From Minutocellus sp. GHC0000111 (lineage: Eukaryota): a stretch of 64,000 nt of DNA. Positions 12,439 to 24,512 of this stretch are shown here, one piece after another. The notes beneath the pieces were generated by a model. The model saw only the letters and a program-made list of their open reading frames with translations. It did not search any database and was not told where the DNA came from. The stretch spans positions 3,596,001-3,660,000 of the forward strand of contig OZ361256.1 in NCBI GenBank assembly GCA_977018835.1, given 5' to 3'. Positions within the stretch are counted from its first letter, which is position 1, and each line of letters starts with the position of its first letter. The position numbers were made by a program, and so were the translations under genes.

Positions 12439-12664
12439 TTCAGGCGTTCTTGGACGATTCTCCTCGGGTTTATCGGCAGGGGTAGCACCGGCAACTTTGA
12501 GCGTATCCTCTCGGCGCTTCGCTGGAACGTTCCCACGAGCAGGCGAGGAAGGTCTTTCCGTCATCCGTCGTTTCTACGTTTCTACGTCTTGCATTGCGTC
12601 TTGCCGTCTTGCGATTGCGTCTGCTCTGCTGCTCATTCGCTGCCGCCCCAGCTAATTCCATTGG

Positions 12665-12753
12665 CTCATTCTCGGTCGGTCCACAAGGTACTAGAACTAC
12701 TACTCTGCTCATTCGCCCTCTCAGCTCATTCTCGGTCGGTCCACAAGGTACTA
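12665..12753. repeat. Direct repeat of ~30 bp in the GCSH/RsmE divergent promoter
   Basis: GCTCATTCTCGGTCGGTCCACAAGGTACTA occurs twice, 60 bp apart. Confidence 0.8.
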
Positions 12754-12841
12754 CTAGCTAGACTAGTAGTACGTAGTAGGAATCCTACCAACTGGTAGCT
12801 ATTAACGGAAGTAGCGGAAGTAGCAACGCCAGACAAGCGTC

Positions 12842-13939
12842 ATGAAGCGAACGGCACCAATGGCAGCAGCGTTGCATGCATTGACGATCGGTGTTCGATC
12901 TTCGAGCAGATCTGGAGTTACTGCGTTCAGTACTTTCCACAACCACATTCCCAGCAAACCATTTGGTCGGACGCAAGCAGCGTTTCACCCCAGCACAGCA
13001 TTGAAGTTGAATCGTTTCCTTTTCGACCCGAGTGAAGTCGTTGTTGATGACGATGACGGCAGCGATGCCAAGGTCCCAACAGTGACATTGCCAAAAGATG
13101 ATTATCGAACGGTGCACGCGGCCAAGATATTGGGATTGCATAACGGTGACTGTTTGAGGGCTGGCGTCGTGTCCGAAGGCGATGGTACAGGCAACGAAGA
13201 CAAAGACGGACCCTATGCTGGTTGCGTCACTGATCAAGCGACGATTGAATGGCTTCCCGAGGGCAAGATTAAGAAAGCGTGTCCAACTAAGAACGGTGCT
13301 CCCCCAGGTTCGTTGCGCATTGCGTTGGAATCCCTAGTCTCGTCTACTGAAAGTGCTGACAATCCACAAGATGATGCATCCTCGGCAGTTTCCGTAAGCC
13401 TCATCCTGGCCTTGCCCAGACCCCTTCAATTGGGACGCATGCTGCCCATGATATCTCAAATGGGAGTCGATCACTTGGTCCTCACTGCCGCTAAAAAGGT
13501 TCCCAAGGATTACTTTGGCTCGCATTTATTTCGAAAGCCTGAAGTGCTGAGAAAGCTGCTCATCGAAGGGCTGTGCCAGAGCGGTGACGTGAAGATACCC
13601 AAAATAACAGTTGCGAAAAGATTAAAGCCATTTATGGAGGATGATCTCGACGAATTGTTCCCTACTGATGAATATGCTCGAATAATTGCCCACCCACAAA
13701 GAGTTGGCCAAACAGAAGCTCCGAAACGAATGAGAGAAATCAATTTCCCTTCAAATCAAAAGCGACGCATAGTGGTTGCCGTCGGCCCAGAAGGTGGATG
13801 GGAGGAACCATATGAGTTGGATATGTTTGAAGGTCTCGGCTTTCAGCAGATCACAATGGGCACAAGAGTATTGAGAAGCGATGTGGCTGTCGTCAGCTTG
13901 TTGAGTCTCGCCCACGATGTCTGTAGCGAAGAGTCGTAG
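12842..13939 (+). CDS. rsmE: 16S rRNA m3U1498 methyltransferase RsmE (SPOUT), organelle-targeted
   Basis: HAAKILGL, QMGVD, VAVGPEGGW, MGTRVLRSDVAVV; N-terminal targeting extension. Confidence 0.9.
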   Translation: MKRTAPMAAALHALTIGVRSSSRSGVTAFSTFHNHIPSKPFGRTQAAFHPSTALKLNRFLFDPSEVVVDDDDGSDAKVPTVTLPKDDYRTVHAAKILGLHNGDCLRAGVVSEGDGTGNEDKDGPYAGCVTDQATIEWLPEGKIKKACPTKNGAPPGSLRIALESLVSSTESADNPQDDASSAVSVSLILALPRPLQLGRMLPMISQMGVDHLVLTAAKKVPKDYFGSHLFRKPEVLRKLLIEGLCQSGDVKIPKITVAKRLKPFMEDDLDELFPTDEYARIIAHPQRVGQTEAPKRMREINFPSNQKRRIVVAVGPEGGWEEPYELDMFEGLGFQQITMGTRVLRSDVAVVSLLSLAHDVCSEES

Positions 13940-14183
13940 ACGCCTATGTATGTATGAACGAACGTTATCGCCGAGATCTGCTTATAGATTATCAATCTTT
14001 TTTCCATACCCTTTTACAGGAAGACAGTAGGCATGTATAACATGGACATCTAAACTTTATGAGGCGCTCTACTTCTCGTCTATCAGCTCTATATAGCGCT
14101 CTTCTTTCTCCAATAAACAGTATAAACATGAATGTATTAATACAAAAATGAAGGGAGGAACGATGATTCAATTTCGATCCCCT

Positions 14184-17100
14184 CTACGAACAGCATTCAA
14201 GGAAGCCGCCGGCATCTGTCGGGCAGCAATTCCCAGAAAGTCCAGCGTCGACACACTGAGGATGGACTGAGCACGAACTGCCTGAGATATTACTCCCACT
14301 TTCTCCCTCTCCGGAATCATCTGCGTTTGCAGTTTTGTCGGCAGCTTCATTGCTCCCACTTCTGCTTAATTCACCGCCACCATCACCACAACACCCGAGG
14401 ATGATACCGCTAGCAGTAGGACAACAATCGCCCGATAAGCCTGCCTCAATGCAATTGAAGTGAGCCTCGCACGATGCAGCCGCCGCTTCCCCCGTGCTTT
14501 CTTTTTTGGGAGACGGAGCTGGAGCTTCTTGTTCCTCTGAGCCTTCACCCCCACTTTCTTGGCAGCACCCTAACGTTAAGCCGCCTGAGGTGGGGCAGCA
14601 TTCACACCCCGGGTAAACCTCGCATGCAGAGGACGAAGAAGAGGTGGAGTCTAATGGCTCGCTAGAAGTGGCCGCGTTGTCTGGTCCCGATGAAGAGCCT
14701 TCGCCACCCGCCGAGAATTCCTTTCGTGTGCTGATGAAGTAGAGGAGCTGGCTCAAACTGAGCGCGGCATCGAGTTCGTAGCTAATGAGTTTCTTCGCAT
14801 CCTTCCAGGCCCCATTGGGGTCGACGATGGCACGATCGGCAACGCCATATCCCTTCCACGCCATTTCGACGCCATCGTATAGTTTGCTCAGCGCATTATT
14901 GTATTCCTCCTTGACGTAATTCGCATCAAATAAAAGCGAGGTAGCGGCTGTGAGAGGGACGAAATTGATCATGTGGACGTATAGCGGATTGGTTCCAAAC
15001 CATGTCGAACATACTGCGTCGAGCATGCCTAGATTTCCAACCATGTAGTTCTGGGCAAATCGATCATTGTAGACAGACGCTGCCTTCGTTCCATTGCCAA
15101 TGCCCTTGCCGTCACTAGAAGGTAACATATGCCAGTAGGTCCGAGCACCGCGAAGTTCCATGGCAAGCAAAAGTCTTGCGAAATCAGTACCGCCTTTGCC
15201 ACCGATAGTATTGCCGGAAGAAGAATCAATCCCACCACCATCGCCAAATCGAACCTTTGACCACAGATAGGCTCCATAATACCAATTTACTGCCTCACTC
15301 GAACTCTCTTGAGACTTGCCATTGCCGTAAGGAAATAACCCTGATGCAAAGGAGTGGCCATCGAACCAGTTCAAATGCCTCGTGAAGGGAAAGAAATTGT
15401 CATCGTCGCTGAGGCCTGATTCAGAGTTGGAACTGTACGCTACATCAAACAAGAGAGAATCGACATACGGACCGTAGTCATGCAAGAAATGAGCGTCGTA
15501 CTTGGCAAGGATTGCGCTCGCGTAAAGCAAATATCCGTAGTGGAAATGATGGTCCTGTTGAAGTATGATTGAAGAAGGATGTTGTGAGAGATTTGCCGAT
15601 AGAGCGAGAAACAATACCGAATCATGGGAATATTGTCACATTCAAAATATCTTACATTGAATCTGCCGTTGCCGAAATCAGCCTGAGTGTCCTCAAGGCC
15701 GTCCTTGGTTACCATCCCACCAAATTTGGAGTCAAAGAATAGCTTGTCTTTCTGCCCATCACGGAGAAAAGTGCATACATACTTGCGGAGTGAGTCCAAT
15801 CCATCTTCCACAAAGCCTGGGGCAGGATGCGCCGAATTCTTCTCTTTTCCTTCTTCTTCTTCATTACTTGCTTTCGATTTTGTTCTCGCCGATGGCAATG
15901 ATAGCATATGGCCGATATGTACAAGCTGCGCAAGCCGGGCCGTCTGCTTGCCAAAGCCATAGACATTTTCATCGAAGCTGGGCAGGACGCGAACAAGATC
16001 CTTCTTTACTTGATCAAGGATGGAATCGCGAACTGTATCGTCCATTGTGGACAACGCGTGTAGTGTCTCATCATCGTCAAAACCGAGGGTAGGCAAGGCC
16101 TCTTCATATTGCCACGAATCTCCAACGACAGGCTGCATCATACCTTTGATGCACTGATAGCCAAGATCAAACTGATCACTTTTGAGCAATCCAGTGCTCA
16201 TTTTGTCGGCGTGATGAGGCAACGCCAACATGAGCAACTGGCTCTTCAGGGAAGGCCGATCAGTTGACTTCTGTGCTGTGTCGGACATGGACAAAATATC
16301 ATACTCAAATTTGACTGTGGCATACTTGTTGCTGCTGGTCGAACCGCTGGCGATGGTACCGATTGTACTGCCGATGCTACTGATACCATCTCCGACGACA
16401 CTCGAGAGTGCTTGATTGAGGTTGCTTTTACTGCCCAAAGTCGTCTCTTTCTGGAATTCCCACGCAATGTGTCCCGCGACAGGATAAATGGATGCGTGGT
16501 AGATGAGCCGTTTAACGCCACTTGACGCAGAAAGCTGAACACTATCATGGATACCAGAGGAACCAGCGCTGACAATTCCATCATCATCAACCGGAGGCGG
16601 AACAAGAGCAAAACTCAGAACTCCAGTAAAAGGCTCGGATGCTTTGACGGTCCTCTTTCCTGCTGCATCATATATTAGCGTGATGGGACTAGAGGCGAAG
16701 ACCAACCAAGTTGAATTCTCTTGCGTCTGGAATAGAAACTGGACGCCGGTCAGTGTCACATCGGCTTGCGGCTCTCCGCCTGACTTCATTGAACAGACGC
16801 CCCAGGTACCACCAGCACTACCCAATAATCTCTGGTGTCCATCGGTACTATTGTTATTTTTGGTTGCTTGTGAAAAGGTACCAACCTGAGCCTTATTGAT
16901 GGTAGGCGTATCCTTGTACTTTCCGGAATCATCACGGGGACACATGACGCTCTTGAAGTTCGAAAGGGGTGATATCATCGGAGTGGCCGCCCGGTACTTG
17001 ATGGTAACGTACGGAGAACCCCGCACGATGTAACTCTCCCAATAGCTGGTACGCTCTTGATGTTCACTGTTTAGAAAGCGAACACTGACAGAGAGCGGAT

Positions 17101-18119
17101 CAAACGAAACAACATGGCGCATCAACACCTCCTCCGCGCTGCCGAAAGTAAGATCCGGCTGGAACACATCTCTAATCGATTTCGAATCAACCTTTCGCCT
17201 CAATGGAGGATACGACGTTAAAAGTTTGGACGCAGACCACTTATAGCCATAGGGGTATGCGAAAATGGGATAAGACAGGCCATTGTCCGTGGTAGATTTC
17301 AGCACGAGATTGGTCCAAAATGCGCCGGTTGGAAAAGGTACCTTGAGCAGCGACGTCGCCGACTGGATATTCTTCACCGCTGCCAAGTGCCGCAAGCGAG
17401 TTGAGGTTGTGTTTCCTGGCTGTTCTGCTTTCGCTTCATCGCCGCCTTGCGATTGTGAAGACGGGATACCAAGGAGTCTGGGATCAAATAAGGTGGTATC
17501 TACAATCTTTTCGGCAGGATCGCCATACGCGGCCCGATCAACCTTGGGAAATGGTATGGACAAGGTCGTTGTGACCGACACATCATCCGAAGAAGCACCA
17601 CTGCTTGATGACCACCACCATCCACTAGATTTGGACATCGTCACGGCTAGCATGGTTGTGAGGAGGACTATTCCCACAATTATTGCAATTCGAGTCAAGA
17701 TGGCGCATTTACCTCGCTGTCCTACTACTAGTAGTGACACCAGGTAACAGATCTGTACCAACCTGTTCCAATGAGATTTCATCTTCGGCATCGGTATCCA
17801 ACAAATTCTCCCCGAGCAGAGGCGACATGAGCATTCGGGGCGATACCAGGGAACGACGAGAGGAGTTTGCGGAGGACGGTGGCGAAATAAAGTTGCCACC
17901 ACCAAGTTCCGCGTCGGTTATGGATTCATTCGATAGGGAACCGTAGGAATCACCGGCACCGGCAAGACCAGAACTTTCGCCATTGAGGTTCAAGGGGATG
18001 GTAATATCTGCCTGCTCATCATTAGTGGTAGCATTGCCTTCATCACCACCACCCGACAAACGGCGACTACTCCGTCGCCGGAAAGGGCTGAAGAAGGATG
18101 GTTTGCTTTCTTGGCTCAT
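14184..18119 (-). CDS. GH81 endo-1,3(4)-beta-glucanase, type II membrane-anchored, with three C-terminal Cys-rich repeats
   Basis: PFPTGAFWTNL, VRGSPYVT. DFGNGRFN/DHHFHYGY is joined across intron 15555-15655. GHSFASGL and ESSSEAVN catalytic region. Frame switch near 17705-17745 between the cytosolic N-terminus and the TM segment. Confidence 0.85.
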
Positions 18120-18596
18120 GGCGACAGACTGGACGAAGATTCAACTCCGCAGAACGCAATTATTGGCGGTGCGGTGATGAGCAGGGGGCCCGACGAAAGG
18201 CGATTGAGGTTCTCGGATACACACCGTCACAAGATACTATTGGTAAGCAGCTCTAACAAGGCGTTGTTAGAATCAAGAAAAGCTCTATGTACCAACAAGT
18301 GTTAGCCAGCGATGTATGCAATGCGGATCAAATACAACACCGTCATGGCCATGCCGAAGAACAACAAATAATGCGTCGTGGCCGAACGGAAACTTTTGAG
18401 TTTTTTCGATCTGACGTCGGACAAAACACTTTCTTTTTAACGTCATCGAAGAAAAGCTCGAAAGAAATCGTAATCCAATAGCAAGGACACCCGGACACCG
18501 AAAAAGGAACCCGGACACCAAGTTGAACCTGACGCATGTGCAGCCATGGCACGGGGTACCTCGCCATCATACTTCCAGCAAAGTAAAGAGGCAACC

Positions 18597-20344
18597 ATGG
18601 TCCGCCTATCAGCAACTTTCGCGGCGATCGCCGCTCTCGCAGTAAGCTCATGCGAGGCTTTCTCTCCCAATGCCCAGAATAACGGCATCGCATCGAAGGC
18701 AGCCTCCGCCTTCGGCGGAATCCTCCCCGCCAAGGCGGAGGGACAGCAGTCGTCGCAATCCCAGTCTCTGACGGAAATGTCGGCCATGCTCACACAGACG
18801 GAGCTTCCCGAGAAGCTTTACTTTAATAAGGAGAGTCCCAAGGTCCTCGGTGGACTCAAGATTGGCACTCGCGAGCTCGTCGTTGTGACCGGCGCTTCGT
18901 CCGGTCTCGGCCTCAATGCCGCCGCTACCCTCGCCAAGACCGGCCGCTACTTTGTCGTGATGGCCTGCCGTGACGTTGAGAAGGCCAAGAAGGGTGAGTT
19001 TGCCTTTTGGGGTCTTCAGAAAGGTGCATGGGAAGTGATATCAGTGAAGATAGGAGTAGACTGGTGACTTGTGGGCCACGATATCCAAACTGAGCACAAG
19101 ATGTGCCATTTATGCGGTCCAGAGCGCGGTTGCGGTGACGTGGAAATGCCGAATGCAATGCATTTGCTACGGCTACCGTCGAAGGAGGATGCGGTCATGC
19201 CAGCTACAAACCCACTTTCAATGCTTTCTACGCACTTACATCTCACCATGTTGAATTGCATCATTCTCATTCTTCTTTCATGCAGTCGCCAAGGAGAATG
19301 GTTTCCCCGACGGTTCCTACACCGTCATGAAGCTCGAGCTTGGAAATCTCCAATCCGTCCGTGATTTCGTCCAGAACCTCAAGGCCTTCAAGTCGGCCCG
19401 TCCCCTCAACCACCTTATCTGCAATGCCGCCGTATACAAGCCCAAGGATCCCAATCCGGCGTGGACCGACGATGGCTTCGAGATGTCCATGGGCGTCAAC
19501 CACCTCGGACATTTCCTCCTCGTCAACCTCCTCCTCGACGACATGAAGAAGGCCGAGAACGCCCGCTGCGTCATCGTTGGATCCATCACCGGCAACACCA
19601 ACACCGTTGGTGGTGGCCTTGTCTACCCCCGTGCCGATCTCGGTGATCTCAGTGGCCTCGCCTCTGGTGGAAAGAAGCCTGTTGAGATGGTTGACGGAAA
19701 GGGTTTCTTCGGCGCTAAGGCGTACAAGGATTCCAAGGTAAGGAATTCTTTTTTGTGTTGAGGCGGCATATCGTGTATCCACCTCCCAACCACGCGCTCT
19801 GGCGCATGCAAATATCATATACCATCTAACGGAAATATACTTCGATTATATTTGCCACATTCAGGTTTGCAACATGATGACTGTTTCCGAGCTTCACCGT
19901 CGATACCACGAGAAGACTGGCATCACTTTCGCCAGTATGTACCCTGGCTGCATTGCCGAGACCGCTTTGTTCCGTGAGAAGAGGCCCTGGTTCCGCAAGG
20001 CATTCCCTTGGTTCATGAAGTACGTTACTGGCGGTTACGTTGGAGAGGAAGAGGCTGGAGAGCGCCTTGCCCAGTGCATTGACGACCCGAAATGCGCCAA
20101 GTCGGGTGTGTACTGGAGCTGGAACGGTGGCGCCAAGACTGTTGGCCGATGGAGCGAGGATGGCAAGCCACGAGGAGCTGGTGGATCAGGTGGAGAGATT
20201 TTCGAGAACGAGCAGAGTGATGCCGTCCGGGATCGTGAGGATGCCGAGAAGGTTTGGGAGTACAGCGTCAAGGCCGTCGGTCTGGCGGAGAAGGACATGT
20301 GCAAGGATTTCGCTGACGAGTACCTGCAAAAGATGGGTGTTTAG
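18597..20344 (+). CDS. POR: Light-dependent protochlorophyllide oxidoreductase, plastid-targeted
   Basis: Exons 18597-18993, 19286-19737 and 19865-20344. [41 protein letters not shown]. Signal peptide with CEA-F cleavage motif. Confidence 0.95.
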
Positions 20345-20804
20345 ACCTGAAAGCGTCTAGAAAATGAAAACTTACATACGAACAATTGGTCGTCACTTTT
20401 GATGATTTGAGCTACGATGGGGATTGGGCTGTGTTTGCATTGAATTAGGAAGAATATAATATGGGCAAATGCCTAAGGCGTCGCACTCAATCCACAAAAC
20501 CACGAAAAGATCACGCACGTATATTGCCAACAGATGGGATCCTCGAGCTTTGTACTTATACTAACTAAATAATAAATAAACTGGTATTGAAATAGAGAAG
20601 ATTTTGAAATGGAATTTCTTTTTGGACAGCCTCGGTCTGCAAGACACAAGGGACGGGGTGTGTGGTGTGGTATCTCTACCTTCGCTAATCGCTAAGTAGC
20701 GAGGCATTTTTTAGAGATATTTCACCCAGGTATTGAATATAAATTGCCAAACACCCACATCATGATCCACATTGCACTGCATACATTCTAACATGAGTCC
20801 AAAG

Positions 20805-21395
20805 TTACAACCTCGATGCTATGGATTCCAAAGCTGAAGCTGCCGCCGAGGCGATTTGTTCGTCTTGGTCGGGCGTCACTCCACTCACACCGATACTGCC
20901 CACACAGACACCTTGGATGAAAATCGGCAAACCACCTCTCATCAGCACGTAAGGAGCACTTAGCAACGCAGTTCGGCTGGAACCACCCGACACATTTGTT
21001 GCAGCCTCCAATTGTCCCGTGGGTCAGCAAAAGTGTGCAGCTGTCTTGGCCTTGCCGACTGCAATGTCGTATGAAGCAGGGAATGCGCCATCCAAGCGTT
21101 TTGCCAGTAACGGCATACCGCCTGCGTCGCATATGGCTATAGTAACCTTCCAACCGTTTGCTGTTGCTTCATTTTCTGCCGCCGCCATGGCCCTCTCCAC
21201 TGCGGCCAGCGTCAGTCTCATTGTTGATTGAAGAAGAGATGGATCTTCGTTGGCACTTGACATTATGCGGATACCAAATCGTGTCCTTGCAGGAGCACAA
21301 TCCGAAGGCAGCACACAAAAGGAAGTAGCTGGGCAAATGAAAGAGAGTAAGAAGAAAATGGTTACGGTGCAAAGAGTTGGCACCTTTGTTGTCAT
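20805..21395 (-). CDS. GlcG/HbpS (DUF336) heme-binding family protein with an in-frame TGA at 21024-21026
   Basis: VTIAICDAGG, RLDGA, IAVGKAKTA, GGLPI...VGSIGVSG...DEQIA. The two listed ORFs share one frame and are separated only by TGA (HFC*PTGQLE). Ends in SRL. Confidence 0.8.
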
Positions 21396-21601
21396 GGCTT
21401 ATTATCCGTTGACCACTCTCTTCCATGAAGAATACATGTAATGAAACGCCGCAGATCGATAAGATTGCAAGATCGCGATCCAGCATGATAAGAACCCGGA
21501 AGTTTTGCTGAGCTGCCGTATCTTTCGAGAACCCGCTACGCCAGCATTCATCGTGGTGTATCTTTCTTGCTCTATCAACGCCTTGAACAACGCCCAGCAA
21601 A

Positions 21602-22372
21602 ATGGGAGCAGCCCCCTCACGGCATCACCTCACGGACTGGGCCACCGCCACCGGCGGGCTTTCTGCCCCCACCGACACGGTGGCTGGTGATCCTCCAACA
21701 GCCAACTCAACGAAGATCACGCTCGCACCAAAGAGGGCAGTGATGGGCCAGACGCTTCCGATCATCGGTCAGCTCATTACAACACGAGAATATGACGTCG
21801 CTGATGAAACGGGCAACCTCATCTTCACCACGCAGGCCTACTCCAAGCTGGAATCTGGATTCGATTTGCTTAGGGCAGATGATGACAGCAATCCAATCCT
21901 GCGAATAGGCTCCAATGTCAGCAATCGAACTTGGAGCGTGTATTCCACCGCGGCTGCTTTTGAGGGACAAAAGCCCGATCCCACAGCATCTTCCAAGGCA
22001 GGCATCGATTTGTTTCGAAAGGCGGCCATCGTTTTTGCCAAAGGTACTGAACACCACGCTCTTGTTCATCTCTTCCATTGTGTTGGCGACGAAGATGTGA
22101 ACACTGTCTTGGTTGTCGAGCGATGTCGAGGCGAGGGTATTGTCGATACTCATTGGCACTTTCAAACGTCTCTTCCCTTAAAAGAAGGAGAAGATCCCAC
22201 ATCTCAACCTCTTGTTGGCTATTGGAAATGGGCTGGTAGCAACATACCACTTAGTATGGATGACAAGATTGAGATGGAATTGACAAAAGGCAGCGACTTG
22301 GCCCTGCACGTGATTTTGGCAATTGTAAGCACCATCGAAAGAGCATCGATCAAGGCAGAGTATTCTGGTTAG
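21602..22372 (+). CDS. Hypothetical protein, possibly LURP-one/Tubby-C-like beta-barrel
   Basis: 256-aa ORF with a beta-strand pattern (YDVADETGNLIF) and a C-terminal hydrophobic helix DLALHVILAIV. Confidence 0.45.
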   Translation: MGAAPSRHHLTDWATATGGLSAPTDTVAGDPPTANSTKITLAPKRAVMGQTLPIIGQLITTREYDVADETGNLIFTTQAYSKLESGFDLLRADDDSNPILRIGSNVSNRTWSVYSTAAAFEGQKPDPTASSKAGIDLFRKAAIVFAKGTEHHALVHLFHCVGDEDVNTVLVVERCRGEGIVDTHWHFQTSLPLKEGEDPTSQPLVGYWKWAGSNIPLSMDDKIEMELTKGSDLALHVILAIVSTIERASIKAEYSG

Positions 22373-22499
22373 CTACAAATGCCACGTGACATGTGTTCAT
22401 GACTGTCATATGATAGATATGATTAAAGCACACAGATGTTGTAGAAATTCTAGAGTGAAAATAGGAATCCTAGCTACGTAGCTGGTGGAATTATTTCCA

Positions 22500-24512
22500 T
22501 CATCTCGTGACGCTATTTTCCAGAATCTCAACGAGATCTTGACGTCTTGTTACTCGAGGTTGCTTGATTTGTGTAAGTCCAACTCCACTTTGGACCATTG
22601 CTTGCCTAACTTGTTCAAATGTCCCACTCTTAACGGGGATCACCTCGATGCAGTGAAGTCTATTCTTTTTGCGGAAAAGCTCGTACAACTGATTGGCCTT
22701 GGCAAGTCTCTGATCAAGTGCTTCAATTTCAGCCTTCGTCATGTTCGGTCGATTGAAATGACTCCCATCTTCATTTGTTAGCTCGGCATAGACGGTGTAC
22801 TTGGGCCTTCGCTTGCCTGCGGGTCGATTGAAATACTCTATGCAAGTGTAGTCCTTCAATCGAAGATTCCAATCTCTCGACACGGTCTCGGACAACGCAC
22901 CGTAGAATGTCTCTTCAGATGTTCGTTCACCCAGCGCATTCAAAAATTGACCTTTGCGATACGCGAATTCAATTATAGGTGCCTCTCCTCTATACGAAAC
23001 GCACCGAACGACATCCCCAAACCTATATCGGTACAATCCAGTGAGATTTGTAATAATCATTTCATACGTCTTGCCAACCTCGAGTTGTTCTATAAACAAA
23101 ATTTCTGTCTCATCATCAGTGTCTTTTCCGTCATTAGCCTCACTTTCTTCAATAGGGATAAACTCATAAAACATTGACTTGGGGTGCAATATATAAGTCT
23201 TTGCGTCAATGCCAGGATTGACTCCAATCAGTCCCTCTGATGCTGCATACAAAGGAGAATAAATTGTTATGTCATCACCAATCCATTCTTCTCGTAGCTT
23301 CTTGCCATACATGGCAAAGGAACCAGTCTCAACAGCCAATATTGTATGCAATGTAGGCCATACGAGTCGAGCAAAGGATGCACCATCTCCTTTCTCTGAT
23401 TTGCACTTGGTCCGAATCGCGTCCAATTCATTCGCCCGTTCCAAATTTGGCTCAAGTTTACTTTCCAGATTTTGTCGTAGATCAGGGTCAATGTTAAGTC
23501 CATCTGGCAATTTCCCGGTTCGTATGCTCTCCACCAATTCGTCCCAGTTATCATCAATGCAGACAAACATGTTGAATACACCCGATGCAAAGTTACTTTC
23601 GACGAATCCCAAATTCTTGTCCAGTAGCGCATACAAACAGTGTAAGAAGAGCATCTCCTCCTCACTCTGCACTTGCCACGCATCCTCTGGCGTCGTGTAC
23701 AGCTGAAGTAAAGTCTTGTTGTCGTCTGGGCTGGATGAATTTGGACCAACCCGCAGCCCACCGGGCGATGTACCATATCGTGGACGGAACATGAGCTTTG
23801 CCGATTTCTGCAAATTTGGCCATTTGATCTCACCGTCTGTCTTTTGCTTCACGCCTTTGATCAGTGCGTCAAACGTCGTGCCGATGCCCTCCAGGAAGAA
23901 CACCTTGCGCTGAAGTGGATTGACGGGCAGTAATTTCCGCGTACCAGAGGTTCCTGATGTTTCGGCAATCATACGAGGTTTGTCGGAAAACATGACGTTG
24001 GGTTCGCCATTGCTCACTCGATCGATGTAGCTTTGGTAATGTTCATGATTGGTGATGGGATGGAGCCTGACAAAATCGTCACGGCTTTGTATTGATGTCT
24101 TCTTGCCTCTACCATTGTCATTGTTGGTACATGTAACGCCAAACCCGTAGTCACGCCCATAGACAGTGTCCTTGTTGGCCTCCACAAGCGAAAGTAGCAG
24201 CTGTTCATTCACCTTGGCGGCATTGGCACAAGTCTCGTCGAGATTGGACGCCGATATGGACCCCAATCGAGTCATGAAGAGATTCGTCAACGATTGGACC
24301 CAGATCGAGTATGGTGTGTGCGATGTGGAAATCTGATCCTTGGGAGTCGTGCCGTAAACGTAGCCTGCATATGCCACTGACAGGGTAGGAAGGCCTACGA
24401 CAAATCCGGCAGCACCGTAGCCTGCTCGACGGGCGAACGTTTGGAGGCGCCGGCGAGTGTTGGTGGTCGTCATTGCTGCTGATGTGGTACGGGTTATGCG
24501 ACCGTCAGTCAT
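22500..24512 (-). CDS. GH3 family acyl-acid amido synthetase (GHDC-like) with an N-terminal TM segment
   Basis: TSGTSGTRK, YAASEG, FYEFIP, GLYRYRFGDVV, GERTSE, QIKQPR. Confidence 0.9.
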   Translation of the reverse strand: MTDGRITRTTSAAMTTTNTRRRLQTFARRAGYGAAGFVVGLPTLSVAYAGYVYGTTPKDQISTSHTPYSIWVQSLTNLFMTRLGSISASNLDETCANAAKVNEQLLLSLVEANKDTVYGRDYGFGVTCTNNDNGRGKKTSIQSRDDFVRLHPITNHEHYQSYIDRVSNGEPNVMFSDKPRMIAETSGTSGTRKLLPVNPLQRKVFFLEGIGTTFDALIKGVKQKTDGEIKWPNLQKSAKLMFRPRYGTSPGGLRVGPNSSSPDDNKTLLQLYTTPEDAWQVQSEEEMLFLHCLYALLDKNLGFVESNFASGVFNMFVCIDDNWDELVESIRTGKLPDGLNIDPDLRQNLESKLEPNLERANELDAIRTKCKSEKGDGASFARLVWPTLHTILAVETGSFAMYGKKLREEWIGDDITIYSPLYAASEGLIGVNPGIDAKTYILHPKSMFYEFIPIEESEANDGKDTDDETEILFIEQLEVGKTYEMIITNLTGLYRYRFGDVVRCVSYRGEAPIIEFAYRKGQFLNALGERTSEETFYGALSETVSRDWNLRLKDYTCIEYFNRPAGKRRPKYTVYAELTNEDGSHFNRPNMTKAEIEALDQRLAKANQLYELFRKKNRLHCIEVIPVKSGTFEQVRQAMVQSGVGLTQIKQPRVTRRQDLVEILENSVTR

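Noticed and set aside
17705..17762. Tiny intron explaining the GH81 frame switch
   Set aside because: The candidate GT-AG is only ~41 nt and does not restore the frame; treated as an indel.
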